DNA of 64,000 bases from Escherichia coli (GCF_003018235.1 NZ_CP027437.1), one strand, 5' to 3'. Shown: positions 28,794 through 41,325, counted from the stretch's first letter. Numbers and translations: made by a program. Notes: generated from the letters alone by a model not told the origin.

Positions 28794-30677
28794 ATGGATC
28801 CACGGCTACTGGAATACTACAACCGCGAACTGAGCTATCTGCGGGAAACGGGAGCCGAATTTGCCGCCCGTCATCCTAAAGTCGCCGCCCGACTGGGTAT
28901 GCAGGGAACGGATATTGCCGATCCGTATGTGGAGCGAATGGTCGAGGCCTTCAGCTTCCTGACCGCCCGCACGCAGCTAAAAATTGACGCTGAATTCCCC
29001 CGTTTCACCCAGCGTCTGCTGGAAGTGGTCAGCCCCAATTACGTCACACCCACGCCCTCAATGAGCGTGGCGCAGCTTCATCCCGATCCGGAAGAAGGCG
29101 ATCTGGCGAAGGGATTCACCGTCCCGCGCAACACGGCCTTTTTTTCCGCCATTCCGGAAGGCGAAAGTACCGCCTGCCAGTTTCGTAGCAGCCAGAATGT
29201 GACGCTGTGGCCACTTGCCATCGAAGAGGTGCGGCTGACCGCCGCGCCGCCGGATATGCCTGCCCTGCACCGCTACCTGCCAGCCAACATTCACGTCGCT
29301 GGTGCGCTGCGTATTACCCTGCGCACCTTTGGTGAACTGACGTTCAGTCAGCTTGCAGGGCTGAACAAGCTGCCATTTTATCTCTGCGGCGAGGAGCGCA
29401 CGGCCTCACACCTGTTCGAACTACTGCATACCAGCGCCATCGCGAGCCTGGCTGGCATTCCGGGGCATTTTGACGGCGCACTGGATGTGAATCTGAAACA
29501 GCCCGTTATGTACGAAGGCCTGGATCCGGATCAGGGACTGTTGCCGCTGGCGTGGAATGTGTTTCACGGCCATAACCTGCTACATGAATATTTTACCTGT
29601 CCGGAACGCTTCTTTTTTTTCACCCCGACAGGCCTGTCTGCCGGGTTACAGAAAATTAACGGCGGCGTGGCGGAGATTGTTATCCTGCTGAACCGCCTGC
29701 CGCCGGACTGGCTGATCCACCAGACAAACGCGGCACAGTTCAGCCTGTTCTGTACCCCAGTTATCAACCTGTTTCCCCGCGTCGCCGCCCGGATCGATGT
29801 CACGCACAGCACGACGGAACAGCATCTGGTGGTGGACAGAACCCATCCGCTGGATTATGAGGTGTTCTCGGTCCAGGAAGTGGAAGGGCTGGAAACTGAC
29901 ACCACACGGAAGATGGCCTTTCGCCCGCTCTACCACACCCGCAATAATGATGAAGGCAATCACGGACGTTATTTTTCCCTGCGCCGGGAGCCGCGCCGGT
30001 TGTCGGAAAATGCCCGCCGCTATGGCACCCGCACCTCCTATACAGGATCAGAAGTGTTCCTGTCGCTGGTTGACCAGTATGAAGCGCCGTACCCGGAAAA
30101 TCTGCGCCATATCACCATCACGGCTATGGTCACCAACCGCGATCTGCCCTGTCTTATTGCCCGCAATGGACGGGACGATCTGACCGTGGATGCGGCCATC
30201 CCGGTGGCGGGCGTGGGGCTTATCCGTCCGCCGCGTCCGCCGCAGCCTCCGCTGGCTGAACGTGAAATGGCCTGGCGGTTGATCCGCCAGTTATCCTTTA
30301 ACTATCTGCCGCTGGCCGATCTGGATCACCGTACCGGTGGTCAGGCGCTGCGCGATCTGCTTAACCTGTTTATTCCGGCGCATGACAGTCCGCAGTCGCG
30401 CCAGGTGCGCAGCCTGATTGGCTGCAACACCACCCCGGTCACCCGCCGTCTGCCCGGTTCCGGGCTGCTGGTCTATGGGCGCGGCGTCAGTTGTGAACTG
30501 ACCGTGGATGAGGAGGGGTTCTCCGGTATCAGTCCGTATCTGTTCGGTCTGGTGTTGGAGCACTATATCGCCCGTCATGTTTCCATTAATACCTTCTCGC
30601 AGATGACGCTGCACAGCATGCAGCGCGGCAAAATTATGACCTGGCCTGCCAGGGCGGGACAGCGGGGAAGCGTATGA
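28794..30677 (+). CDS. tssF: TssF baseplate protein
   Basis: 627 aa; MDPRLLEYYNRELSYLRETGAEFAARHPKVAARLG is a typical TssF N-terminus. Confidence 0.92.
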   Translation: MDPRLLEYYNRELSYLRETGAEFAARHPKVAARLGMQGTDIADPYVERMVEAFSFLTARTQLKIDAEFPRFTQRLLEVVSPNYVTPTPSMSVAQLHPDPEEGDLAKGFTVPRNTAFFSAIPEGESTACQFRSSQNVTLWPLAIEEVRLTAAPPDMPALHRYLPANIHVAGALRITLRTFGELTFSQLAGLNKLPFYLCGEERTASHLFELLHTSAIASLAGIPGHFDGALDVNLKQPVMYEGLDPDQGLLPLAWNVFHGHNLLHEYFTCPERFFFFTPTGLSAGLQKINGGVAEIVILLNRLPPDWLIHQTNAAQFSLFCTPVINLFPRVAARIDVTHSTTEQHLVVDRTHPLDYEVFSVQEVEGLETDTTRKMAFRPLYHTRNNDEGNHGRYFSLRREPRRLSENARRYGTRTSYTGSEVFLSLVDQYEAPYPENLRHITITAMVTNRDLPCLIARNGRDDLTVDAAIPVAGVGLIRPPRPPQPPLAEREMAWRLIRQLSFNYLPLADLDHRTGGQALRDLLNLFIPAHDSPQSRQVRSLIGCNTTPVTRRLPGSGLLVYGRGVSCELTVDEEGFSGISPYLFGLVLEHYIARHVSINTFSQMTLHSMQRGKIMTWPARAGQRGSV

Positions 30678-31669
30678 GCGACGATTTCACTCAGGCGCAG
30701 GAAACCCCCTGGCGTTACGGTTTTCTGAACCTGATGCGCCGCGTGGATGTGCAGTTGTGTACCGTTCCGGCAGGCAACACCTGGCAACCACGGATGGAAA
30801 AATTTCGCCTCGGACAAACTCCCGCGCTGACCTTTGCGCCACGGGAAATCGCCAGTGTGAGCTGGCAGGAAGAGCGGCTGCACATCAGTTTGTACAGTCT
30901 CGGGCTGTGGGGGCCGAACGGTCCACTGCCGCTGCACTACACCGAACTGGCGCGCAACCGGACTGAAAGCCGAAGAGACCCGACGCTAACCCGTTTTTCT
31001 GATCTTTTTCATCACCGCTGGCTGACGCAGTTTTACCAGGCATGGCGCAGCGCCCAGTCCGCTGGGGGCGGTCTGGATAAACCACAACATGACCGTTTTG
31101 CCTTTTATATCGCCAGCCTCAGCGGGCAGGATTTGCGGGAGAGCGCCGACAGCCCGTTGCCGGATCACGCTCGCCTGGCGGCATCGGCCCATCTGGTGCG
31201 TGAGTCCCGCAATCCGGACGGTCTGGCCACCACGCTGGCGCACTATTTCGGTGTACCTTTCCGGATACAGGAGTATGTCCTGCACTGGATAGCCGTGGCG
31301 GACGATGAGATCACCCGGCTGGGGATGCCAGCCCCCTCTTCCGTTATTGGCAACGGTGCACTCATCGGCCAGGCCGTGCCGGACATGCAGTATAAGTTCC
31401 GGCTGGTTATCGGCCCGCTGACGCTGGAGGATTACCGACGTTTTCTGCCTGGCGGCAATAACCTGCCAGTCCTGACAGAACTGGTCCGCGCCTTTAGCGG
31501 TTTTGAATACTGCTGGGAAATTGAGCTACAGCTAAAGCCCCACGCCGCCCCTCCGGCTGTTACCGGTGGTTCGTACCAACTGGGCTGGACCGCATGGGCG
31601 GGTAAAGCCATGCACGAAAACCCGGTGACGGGCATGATTTTCGAACCAGAACACTACCTGGCGCACTGA
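30674..31669 (+). CDS. tssG: TssG baseplate protein
   Basis: 331 aa; overlaps the tssF stop; typical TssG sequence. Confidence 0.9.
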   Translation: MSDDFTQAQETPWRYGFLNLMRRVDVQLCTVPAGNTWQPRMEKFRLGQTPALTFAPREIASVSWQEERLHISLYSLGLWGPNGPLPLHYTELARNRTESRRDPTLTRFSDLFHHRWLTQFYQAWRSAQSAGGGLDKPQHDRFAFYIASLSGQDLRESADSPLPDHARLAASAHLVRESRNPDGLATTLAHYFGVPFRIQEYVLHWIAVADDEITRLGMPAPSSVIGNGALIGQAVPDMQYKFRLVIGPLTLEDYRRFLPGGNNLPVLTELVRAFSGFEYCWEIELQLKPHAAPPAVTGGSYQLGWTAWAGKAMHENPVTGMIFEPEHYLAH

Positions 31670-31679
31670 GGATAATTTA

Positions 31680-32726
31680 ATGGATACATCCCTGTCTGAC
31701 CCAATTTCGGCAGAATGCCCCTGCGGCCCGGATCTGGAGTACGATCCGGAATACCTGCTACTGTTCACGCGCGCCGCACCGCGTGAAGAAGCGCAATACG
31801 GCGATTTTGTCAGTACGCCGGAAACCATTAACTGGGCGGAGCTTGAGCGGGATGCCTGCCGACTGCTGACGCGCAGCAAAGATATCCGCATTCTGGTTGT
31901 CCTGCTGCGCTGCCGTATCCAGCAGGCCGGTGCCAGGGGACTGGCGGAGGCGCTCGCGCTGCTGGAAACGTTGTGCGCCACGTACCCGAACGCCATCCAT
32001 CCTCAACTGCTCGCGACTGAAGATATCACCGCCGAAGAGGCGGCAGTGGCACGTAGTAACGCCCTGGCGGCATTGCTGGACCATGAAGGCGTAATAGCGG
32101 ATATTCGTGGCATTACACTGTCAAACAATGCTGCCATACGCCTTCAGGTACGGGATGTGGAGCGTTCGCTGTCTGCATCACGCCCGGCGGATGCGCTGGC
32201 ACCAGAATCGGTACGCCAGCAACTGGCCGACCTGGAGGCGCGCGGCACACTGCCGCTGGATGCCTTTCGCCAGGCCGCAGAGACCACTGAGCGGCTGCAA
32301 CGCCATGCGCTTGAAACGCTGAATGACCAGGCACCGAACCTATCCCGTCTGACACAATTGCTGGCCCTGTTGCCGGGAGCGATACGGACCACCACGCCGG
32401 AGATCCTGCCACAACCAGTGGCTGAACAGCCGGAGAGCACCACCATCGTTCATACTGAAGAGATATCATCAGAGCAGATTGCGCTACCGGTGCATATCGC
32501 GGAGGAAATATCACCGATGTCCGGCGCAGAACCCCGGCAGATCCGCGACCGGAACGACGCGCTGGAACGCCTGCGTGTCATCCGTCGCTGGTTTGAGCAC
32601 AGCGAACCGAGCAGCCCGACCATTCCTTTGCTGCGCCAGGCAGAACGCCTGGTCGGAAAACGCTTCTCGGAGGTAATAAATGAAATTCCAGTAGAACTGC
32701 TGGAAAAATGGGATGCGCTGGAGTAA
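31680..32726 (+). CDS. tssA: TssA-family protein (ImpA N-terminal domain)
   Basis: 348 aa; the N-terminal AECPCGPDLEYDPEY motif is typical of ImpA_N; shorter than many TssA proteins. Confidence 0.75.
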   Translation: MDTSLSDPISAECPCGPDLEYDPEYLLLFTRAAPREEAQYGDFVSTPETINWAELERDACRLLTRSKDIRILVVLLRCRIQQAGARGLAEALALLETLCATYPNAIHPQLLATEDITAEEAAVARSNALAALLDHEGVIADIRGITLSNNAAIRLQVRDVERSLSASRPADALAPESVRQQLADLEARGTLPLDAFRQAAETTERLQRHALETLNDQAPNLSRLTQLLALLPGAIRTTTPEILPQPVAEQPESTTIVHTEEISSEQIALPVHIAEEISPMSGAEPRQIRDRNDALERLRVIRRWFEHSEPSSPTIPLLRQAERLVGKRFSEVINEIPVELLEKWDALE

Positions 32727-32732
32727 CAGAAG

Positions 32733-32765
32733 TGGCCAGAATTTATATTATCTGGCCATTTTTTA
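32733..32765 (+). terminator. Rho-independent terminator after tssA
   Basis: Hairpin TGGCCAGA-atttatatta-TCTGGCCA followed by a T-run. Confidence 0.7.
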
Positions 32766-32857
32766 AATCATATTCGTTTTACTTGCGGAGTGAAAAATTC
32801 TCGCTTCACCAAAACGACGAAAGCCCGAATCAGTAATGATTCGGGCTTTCTGAATAT

Positions 32858-32934
32858 TGGCGGAACGGACGGGACTCGAACCCGCGACCCCCTGCGTGAC
32901 AGGCAGGTATTCTAACCGACTGAACTACCGCTCC
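32858..32934 (-). tRNA. aspV: tRNA-Asp (GUC)
   Basis: Reverse complement gives GGAGCGGTAGTTCAGTCGGTTAGAATACCTGCCTGTCACGCAGGGGGTCGCGGGTTCGAGTCCCGTCCGTTCCGCCA; lies next to dnaQ as in K-12. Downstream hairpin at 32821-32848. Confidence 0.97.
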
Positions 32935-33066
32935 GCGTTGTGTTCCGTTGGGAACGAGGCGAATATTACGGATTGCCTCTCCCTTCGTCAACGGTTTTTC
33001 TCATCTTTTGAATCGTTTGCTGCAAAAATCGCCCAAGTCGCTATTTTTAGCGCCTTTTACAGGTAT

Positions 33067-33798
33067 TTATGCCCGCCAGAGGCAGCTTCCCCCCTTCTTC
33101 TGCACCAGATCGAGACGGGCTTCATGTGCTGCAAGCTCTTCATCTGTCGCAAAAACAACGCGTAACTTACTTGCCTGACGCACAATGCGCTGAATTGTTG
33201 TTTCATCTTGTTGCTGTTGTGTCTCTCCTTCCATCGCAAAAGCCATCGACGTTTGCCCACCAGTCATCGCCAGATAAACTTCCGCAAGGATCTGGGCATC
33301 GAGTAATGCCCCGTGCAACGTTCGTTTACTGTTATCTATTTCGTAGCGGGCACATAACGCATCGAGGCTGTTGCGCTTACCGGGAAACATTTTCCTCGCC
33401 ACCGCAAGGCTATCGGTGACCTTACAGAAGGTATTGGTCTTCGGAATATCGCGCTTAAGCAACGAAAACTCGTAGTCCATAAAGCCGATATCGAACGCTG
33501 CGTTATGGATCACCAACTCCGCGCCGCGAATATAGTCCATGAACTCATCGGCTACTTCGGCAAACGTGGGCTTATCGAGCAAAAATTCATCGGCAATACC
33601 ATGTACGCCAAAGGCTTCCGGATCCACCAGCCGATCGGGTTTGAGATAAACATGGAAGTTATTGCCCGTCAGGCGACGGTTCACCACTTCAACGGCACCA
33701 ATCTCAATGATCTTGTGGCCTTCATAGTGCGCGCCAATCTGGTTCATACCGGTAGTTTCGGTATCGAGAACGATCTGGCGTGTAATTGCAGTGCTCAT
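33067..33798 (-). CDS. dnaQ: DNA polymerase III epsilon subunit (3'-5' proofreading exonuclease)
   Basis: [19 protein letters not shown]... matches DnaQ; 243 aa from this start. Confidence 0.95.
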
Positions 33799-33862
33799 AG
33801 CGGTCATTTATGTCAGACTTGTCGTTTTACAGTTCGATTCAATTACAGGAAGTCTACCAGAG

Positions 33863-34330
33863 ATGCTTAAACAGGTAGAAATTTTCACCGATGGTTCGTG
33901 TCTGGGCAATCCTGGACCTGGGGGTTACGGCGCTATTTTACGCTATCGCGGACGCGAGAAAACCTTTAGCGCAGGCTACACCCGCACCACCAACAACCGT
34001 ATGGAGTTGATGGCCGCTATTGTCGCGCTGGAGGCGTTAAAAGAACATTGCGAAGTCATTTTGAGTACCGACAGCCAGTATGTCCGCCAGGGTATCACCC
34101 AGTGGATCCATAACTGGAAAAAACGTGGCTGGAAAACAGCAGACAAAAAACCAGTAAAAAATGTCGATCTCTGGCAACGTCTTGATGCTGCGCTGGGGCA
34201 GCATCAAATCAAATGGGAATGGGTTAAAGGCCATGCCGGACACCCGGAAAACGAACGTTGCGATGAACTAGCTCGTGCCGCAGCGATGAATCCCACACTG
34301 GAAGATACGGGCTATCAAGTCGAAGTTTAA
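33863..34330 (+). CDS. rnhA: Ribonuclease HI
   Basis: [23 protein letters not shown]... is RNase HI; 155 aa; divergent from dnaQ. Confidence 0.95.
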
Positions 34331-35067
34331 GCCTGTGGTTTACGACATTGCCGGGTGGCTCCAACCGCCTGGCGAATTCGTGGCTTGTTTTTACTCTGTT
34401 TCATCGGATTTAGCGTTAAAGGAATAGTCCGTTTCCGGGCGACAATAAGTTGTAAGCAACCAAGCGCAGGAATATGCGCATTCAATAGTTTTCCACCGTG
34501 TTTGTTCCACGGGAGAACGTGGAAACGGCTGGCGTGTAGCACTTCAAAATTCAACAAAGAGAGCCAGTCCAGCTGCCGCATCAGAGTAAACATCCGGCTG
34601 TTATAGGGAGAGGTTTTTCGCAATACCGGCACAAGTTTGCGTAATCCCATTAAACTGATGGGATTGAAGCCACTAATCACCAGCCAGCCATCATCAATCA
34701 ATACCCGATCGGCTTCACGCAATAAACGATGCGGATCGGTGCACCACGGCAATGTATGTGCCAGTAGACAAACATCAACGGATTTATCGGCAAAAGGAAG
34801 ATGAAGTGGGTCCGCCTGCACCTGGACGGGCATTCCTTGCGCAGAAACATTCACTTGATGAGAAACCGCGCACGCTTCGCAATTGATTTCTGCGCTTAAA
34901 TTGCCAATCTTAAGCAGATGAAAACCATACATTTTAGTGAACCACGGGTTGAGCTGGCGCTCCAGCGCCTTGCGATAAAGCTCTCCCCAGGGCAAATCGC
35001 CCCAGCAATCAGGAGCCACGACAGTTTGAGGGACTCTTGCCGGTTTCATCACAACCTTCCGTTTCAC
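34327..35067 (-). CDS. yafS: SAM-dependent methyltransferase YafS
   Basis: Position and sequence consistent with K-12 yafS between rnhA and gloB. Confidence 0.85.
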
Positions 35068-35079
35068 ACTGAGAGGTAA

Positions 35080-35838
<759 letters not shown>

Positions 35839-35909
35839 TAAAACTTTCTTGTCATCGGCTCCGTTCGCCGTTATGATCGGTCGTCTTTTAAGCAACTATT
35901 GACACACAC

Positions 35910-37268
35910 ATGAAGGCAAAAGCGATATTACTCGCCTCTGTCCTGCTCGTGGGTTGCCAGAGTACCGGCAACGTTCAACAGCACGCACAGAGCCTTTCTG
36001 CAGCTGGTCAAGGGGAAGCAGCAAAGTTTACAAGTCAGGCACGATGGATGGACGATGGGACGTCTATCGCGCCAGATGGTGACTTGTGGGCTTTCATTGG
36101 CGACGAGCTAAAGATGGGAATTCCGGAAAATGACCGGATTCGCGAACAGAAACAGAAATATTTACGCAATAAGAGCTATCTCCACGATGTAACTTTACGG
36201 GCAGAGCCGTATATGTACTGGATAGCCGGGCAAGTTAAAAAACGTAACATGCCTATGGAACTGGTACTACTACCCATAGTGGAGAGCGCTTTTGATCCTC
36301 ACGCAACGTCTGGCGCCAATGCAGCAGGCATCTGGCAGATCATTCCGAGCACGGGGCGCAATTATGGTTTGAAACAGACCCGCAATTATGACGCGCGTCG
36401 CGATGTTGTTGCTTCAACAACTGCCGCGCTGAACATGATGCAGCGTCTGAACAAGATGTTTGACGGCGACTGGCTTCTGACCGTAGCGGCTTATAACAGC
36501 GGCGAAGGTCGAGTCATGAAGGCAATTAAAACGAACAAAGCACGTGGGAAATCCACGGACTTTTGGTCGTTACCGTTGCCGCAGGAAACGAAGCAGTACG
36601 TGCCTAAAATGCTGGCATTGAGCGATATTCTCAAAAACAGTAAACGTTATGGTGTACGTCTGCCGACGACCGATGAAAGCCGTGCTCTGGCGCGTGTACA
36701 CCTGAGTAGCCCGGTTGATATGGCGAAGGTTGCAGATATGGCGGGAATTTCCGTCAGCAAGCTGAAGACATTCAACGCTGGTGTGAAAGGCTCCACGCTG
36801 GGCGCAAGTGGCCCGCAGTACGTGATGGTGCCAAAGAAGCATGCAGATCAACTGCGTGAATCTCTGGCTTCGGGCGAAATTGCTGCTGTACAGTCGACGC
36901 TGGTTGCCGACAATACGCCGCTTAACAGCCGTGTTTACACCGTACGCTCTGGCGACACGCTTTCAAGCATCGCTTCACGTCTCGGCGTAAGCACCAAAGA
37001 TTTGCAGCAGTGGAACAAACTGCGCGGCTCTAAGCTGAAACCAGGCCAAAGTCTGACGATTGGCGCAGGTAGTAGCGCACAGCGGTTGGCAAACAACAGC
37101 GATAGCATTACTTATCGTGTGCGCAAAGGCGATTCGCTTTCAAGCATTGCTAAACGCCACGGCGTGAACATCAAAGATGTGATGCGCTGGAACAGCGATA
37201 CTGCGAATCTGCAACCAGGCGATAAGCTGACGTTGTTTGTGAAAAACAACAACATGCCAGATTCCTGA
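35910..37268 (+). CDS. mltD: Membrane-bound lytic murein transglycosylase D (lipoprotein with LysM repeats)
   Basis: 452 aa; lipobox LLVGCQ; C-terminal LysM repeats (YTVRSGDTLSSIA..., YRVRKGDSLSSIA...). Confidence 0.93.
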   Translation: MKAKAILLASVLLVGCQSTGNVQQHAQSLSAAGQGEAAKFTSQARWMDDGTSIAPDGDLWAFIGDELKMGIPENDRIREQKQKYLRNKSYLHDVTLRAEPYMYWIAGQVKKRNMPMELVLLPIVESAFDPHATSGANAAGIWQIIPSTGRNYGLKQTRNYDARRDVVASTTAALNMMQRLNKMFDGDWLLTVAAYNSGEGRVMKAIKTNKARGKSTDFWSLPLPQETKQYVPKMLALSDILKNSKRYGVRLPTTDESRALARVHLSSPVDMAKVADMAGISVSKLKTFNAGVKGSTLGASGPQYVMVPKKHADQLRESLASGEIAAVQSTLVADNTPLNSRVYTVRSGDTLSSIASRLGVSTKDLQQWNKLRGSKLKPGQSLTIGAGSSAQRLANNSDSITYRVRKGDSLSSIAKRHGVNIKDVMRWNSDTANLQPGDKLTLFVKNNNMPDS

Positions 37269-37281
37269 CAAACCAGATAAT

Positions 37282-37312
37282 AAAAGGCACCGATTCCCCC
37301 GGTGCCTTTTTT
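37282..37312. terminator. Putative bidirectional rho-independent terminator between convergent mltD and yafE
   Basis: Hairpin AAAGGCACCG-attcccc-CGGTGCCTTT flanked by A/T runs. Confidence 0.6.
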
Positions 37313-37314
37313 AT

Positions 37315-38085
37315 TTATGCCGCTTTATGTGCTTCTACCATGATGATATCACTGGTGAAAGAGCCATCATTCTGCAAGGCAAAATACGTTTTCACCTCTG
37401 TCGATGCGCTCTGTTGGTAAATGCGAATAGCGTCTACTAACGCTTCTGGCGTACGCATTCTCGCGACCCATGAAGAAAATTCTAGCGGTAACCTATCTGT
37501 AATTAAATTATCAACGATCAGATTGGCTTCATTGATTAACGTCAACCACTCACCGCTGGCGTAGTTTCGTACGTGAGAGATATCGCGTAATGCTTCTACC
37601 GTCTGTAACCAGACGTCGCGCACTGGGTGACCCGGAGACATTACGTCCATCACAATCAGCCTACCGCCAGGTTTCAATATCCTATTCACTTCTCGCAGTG
37701 CTGCACCAACATCATGCCAGTGATGGGCAGAATAACGGCTGATAACAATATCAAATGCGTTATCGGCAAATGGCAGACTTTCGGCATAACCCTGGCGGGT
37801 GGCGATATTTTTCAGTTGCCGGGCTTCGGCAGCTTGTGCCACGACATCCAGCATTTGGGCAGATAAGTCATACGCCACCACCGCGCTCACGTTTTGCGCA
37901 GCGACAAAGCTGGCATGCCCTGCTCCGCAGCCCATATCAAGTACACTTGCATCAGGATAATCAGCCAGACGCACCGCCAGGCGCTGTAAATCTCGCCCGG
38001 ATGCATGTACGGTACTGGTTAAATACTCACTGGCCTGCGAGCTAAACTGCTTTTCTACGTGGTCATGGTGGGATTGTGTTGTCAT
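37315..38085 (-). CDS. yafE: SAM-dependent methyltransferase YafE
   Basis: 256-aa ORF with VLDMGCGAGH motif; conserved position. Confidence 0.85.
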   Translation of the reverse strand: MTTQSHHDHVEKQFSSQASEYLTSTVHASGRDLQRLAVRLADYPDASVLDMGCGAGHASFVAAQNVSAVVAYDLSAQMLDVVAQAAEARQLKNIATRQGYAESLPFADNAFDIVISRYSAHHWHDVGAALREVNRILKPGGRLIVMDVMSPGHPVRDVWLQTVEALRDISHVRNYASGEWLTLINEANLIVDNLITDRLPLEFSSWVARMRTPEALVDAIRIYQQSASTEVKTYFALQNDGSFTSDIIMVEAHKAA

Positions 38086-38161
38086 TGCGCTGTCCTTTTA
38101 TTGTTTGATTAAAAAGGGCAGCGCCAAACGTTGGTCTGCCCTGTGGCAGACCTGACATACC

Positions 38162-39013
<852 letters not shown>

Positions 39014-39202
39014 CTACTGTTATAGGGATTTTAGCTCACTCTTTCAACGAGCAATTGTATATTGTTATGTAAGCAAGTGCTTACACCGGTCAGAAATTTG
39101 CTCATTATTGAGAACATTAAATCGGATGACATATCACGCATCCTGATGGTTTAATGACAAATAAATTCAAAATATCTCATCTATTTTGCAACAGGAGCAA
39201 AA

Positions 39203-40117
39203 ATGAAAGCCACGTCGGAAGAACTCGCCATTTTTGTTTCGGTCGTCGAAAGCGGCAGCTTTAGCCGGGCAGCGGAACAATTAGGGCAAGCAAACTCAGC
39301 GGTAAGCCGGGCGGTGAAAAAGCTGGAGATGAAACTTGGCGTTAGCCTGCTTAATCGCACCACGCGACAACTTAGCCTAACGGAAGAAGGCGAGCGTTAT
39401 TTTCGTCGCGTACAGTCAATTTTGCAGGAGATGGCAGCGGCAGAATCAGAAATTATGGAGACGCGTAATACACCGCGTGGACTGTTGCGCATCGATGCCG
39501 CAACTCCAGTGGTGCTGCACTTTCTGATGCCGTTAATTAAGCCTTTCCGTGAACGCTATCCGGAAGTCACTTTATCGCTAGTCTCCTCCGAAACGATTAT
39601 TAATTTGATCGAAAGAAAAGTGGATGTCGCGATACGCGCTGGTACGTTAACGGATTCCAGCTTACGTGCCAGGCCGTTATTTAACAGTTATCGAAAAATT
39701 ATCGCCTCCCCCGATTATATTTCCCGCTACGGGAAGCCAGAAACGATCGACGATTTAAAGCAACATGTTTGCCTGGGATTCACTGAACCCGCTTCCCTCA
39801 ATACCTGGCCGATAGCCTGTAGTGATGGACAATTACATGAGGTGAAGTACGGTTTGTCATCCAATAGTGGGGAAACACTGAAACAGCTTTGCCTGAGTGG
39901 CAACGGGATTGCGTGTTTGTCCGACTACATGATCGACAGAGAAATCGCTCGCGGAGAATTGGTGGAGTTAATGGCAGATAAAGTATTGCCAGTGGAAATG
40001 CCATTTAGTGCAGTCTATTACAGCGACCGTGCGGTAAGTACGCGCATCCGGGCTTTTATCGATTTCCTTAGCGAGCATGTAAAAACAGCTCCCGGAGGAG
40101 CTGTCAGAGAGGCTTAA
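39203..40117 (+). CDS. yafC: LysR-family transcriptional regulator YafC
   Basis: 304 aa; N-terminal helix-turn-helix ([32 protein letters not shown]). Confidence 0.9.
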
Positions 40118-40916
40118 TCCCATTCAGGAGCCAGACCTTCCGGGCTAACCAGGCGATCGTTGCAATCCAGTGCGGCGATCGCTTTTTTATCTTCGGCATC
40201 AAGCTGTAAATTTTGTGCCTTAAGATTACTTTCCAGGTTTTTACGTTTAGTAGAAGAAGGAATTACGGAGTAACCTTCCCCCATAGCCCACGCCAGAATC
40301 ACTTGTGCCGGAGTCGCATTGTGTTTAGCTGCGATACGAGCAATAACCTCATCTTTCAGGGCCTTACCATACGCCAGTGTCATATAGGAAGTAATATGGA
40401 TGCCGTGCTGTTTAGCCAGGCAACCACTTTACGGTTTTGCAGATAAGGAGAGAGTTCAATCTGGTTAGTAGCGATGTTTTCAGCGCCAACAGCAGCAATC
40501 GCCTTTTCCATCAATGGGATCGTGAAGTTGGAAATACCGATCTCACGCGTCAGCCCTTGTTTTTTGGCTTCCAGCAGCGCCTGCATAAACTCTTCAACAG
40601 AGACTTCATCGTTTGGTGACGGCCAGTGGATTAGCGTCAGATCAACATAATCGATACGCAATTTTTGCAGGCTCTCTTTCAGACTCGGGATCAATTTGTC
40701 TTTGCTGAGATTTTCAATCCAGATTTTAGTGGTGATGTAGAGTTCATGACGTGGCACGCCACTTTCTGCAATCGCGTGACCTACTGCGGCTTCGTTATCA
40801 TAGATTTGTGCGGTATCAATTGCGCGATAACCAAGTTCAAGCGCCGTTTTCACAGATGAAATAACAACGTCGTCTTTCAGACGGAAAGTACCTAAACCAA
40901 ATGCAGGGATAGCCAT
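40114..40916 (-). pseudogene. dkgB: dkgB (2,5-diketo-D-gluconate reductase B) interrupted by a 1-bp frameshift
   Basis: Two ORFs (40380-40916 and 40114-40383) together span an aldo-keto reductase; the +1 frame continues ...[21 protein letters not shown]... across the break near 40416; one C appears missing in AGCC(C)AGG. Confidence 0.8.
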
Positions 40917-41076
40917 AATATGCCTCTTTTAATGCTTTTCGTTAACTGAGGTGATTATGGGCTTCAGACTGTTGCGGAAAAAGAGCGTAAAACGCAGAGG
41001 ATTTTTGCGATTCTGGCAATAATAGATATCCAGACGAAAAAAAACCTCGAGCGTTAACTCGAGGATTCTTAATAAG

Positions 41077-41153
41077 TGGCGGAACGGACGGGACTCGAAC
41101 CCGCGACCCCCTGCGTGACAGGCAGGTATTCTAACCGACTGAACTACCGCTCC
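41077..41153 (-). tRNA. aspU: tRNA-Asp (GUC), distal gene of the rrnH operon
   Basis: Identical to the aspV tRNA sequence; follows the 5S rRNA; downstream hairpin (CCTCGAGCGTTAACTCGAGG) at about 41044-41063. Confidence 0.97.
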
Positions 41154-41205
41154 ACCGAATTCTTTTACAACCACCGGTTTTATGACCGGCTTACTGCTTA
41201 ATTTG

Positions 41206-41325
41206 ATGCCTGGCAGTTCCCTACTCTCGCATGGGGAGACCCCACACTACCATCGGCGCTACGGCGTTTCACTTCTGAGTTCGGCATGGGGTCAGGTGGG
41301 ACCACCGCGCTAAGGCCGCCAGGCA
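41206..41325 (-). rRNA. rrfH: 5S ribosomal RNA
   Basis: Reverse complement matches E. coli 5S rRNA (TGCCTGGCGGCC ... GCCAGGCAT), 120 nt. Confidence 0.97.

Noticed and set aside
32727-33066. Possible integrase, attachment repeat or prophage junction next to aspV
   Set aside because: No integrase-like ORF or recognisable direct repeat of the tRNA 3' end within the window; only terminator hairpins and the tRNA. The island's far boundary is outside the window, so this stays unresolved rather than excluded.
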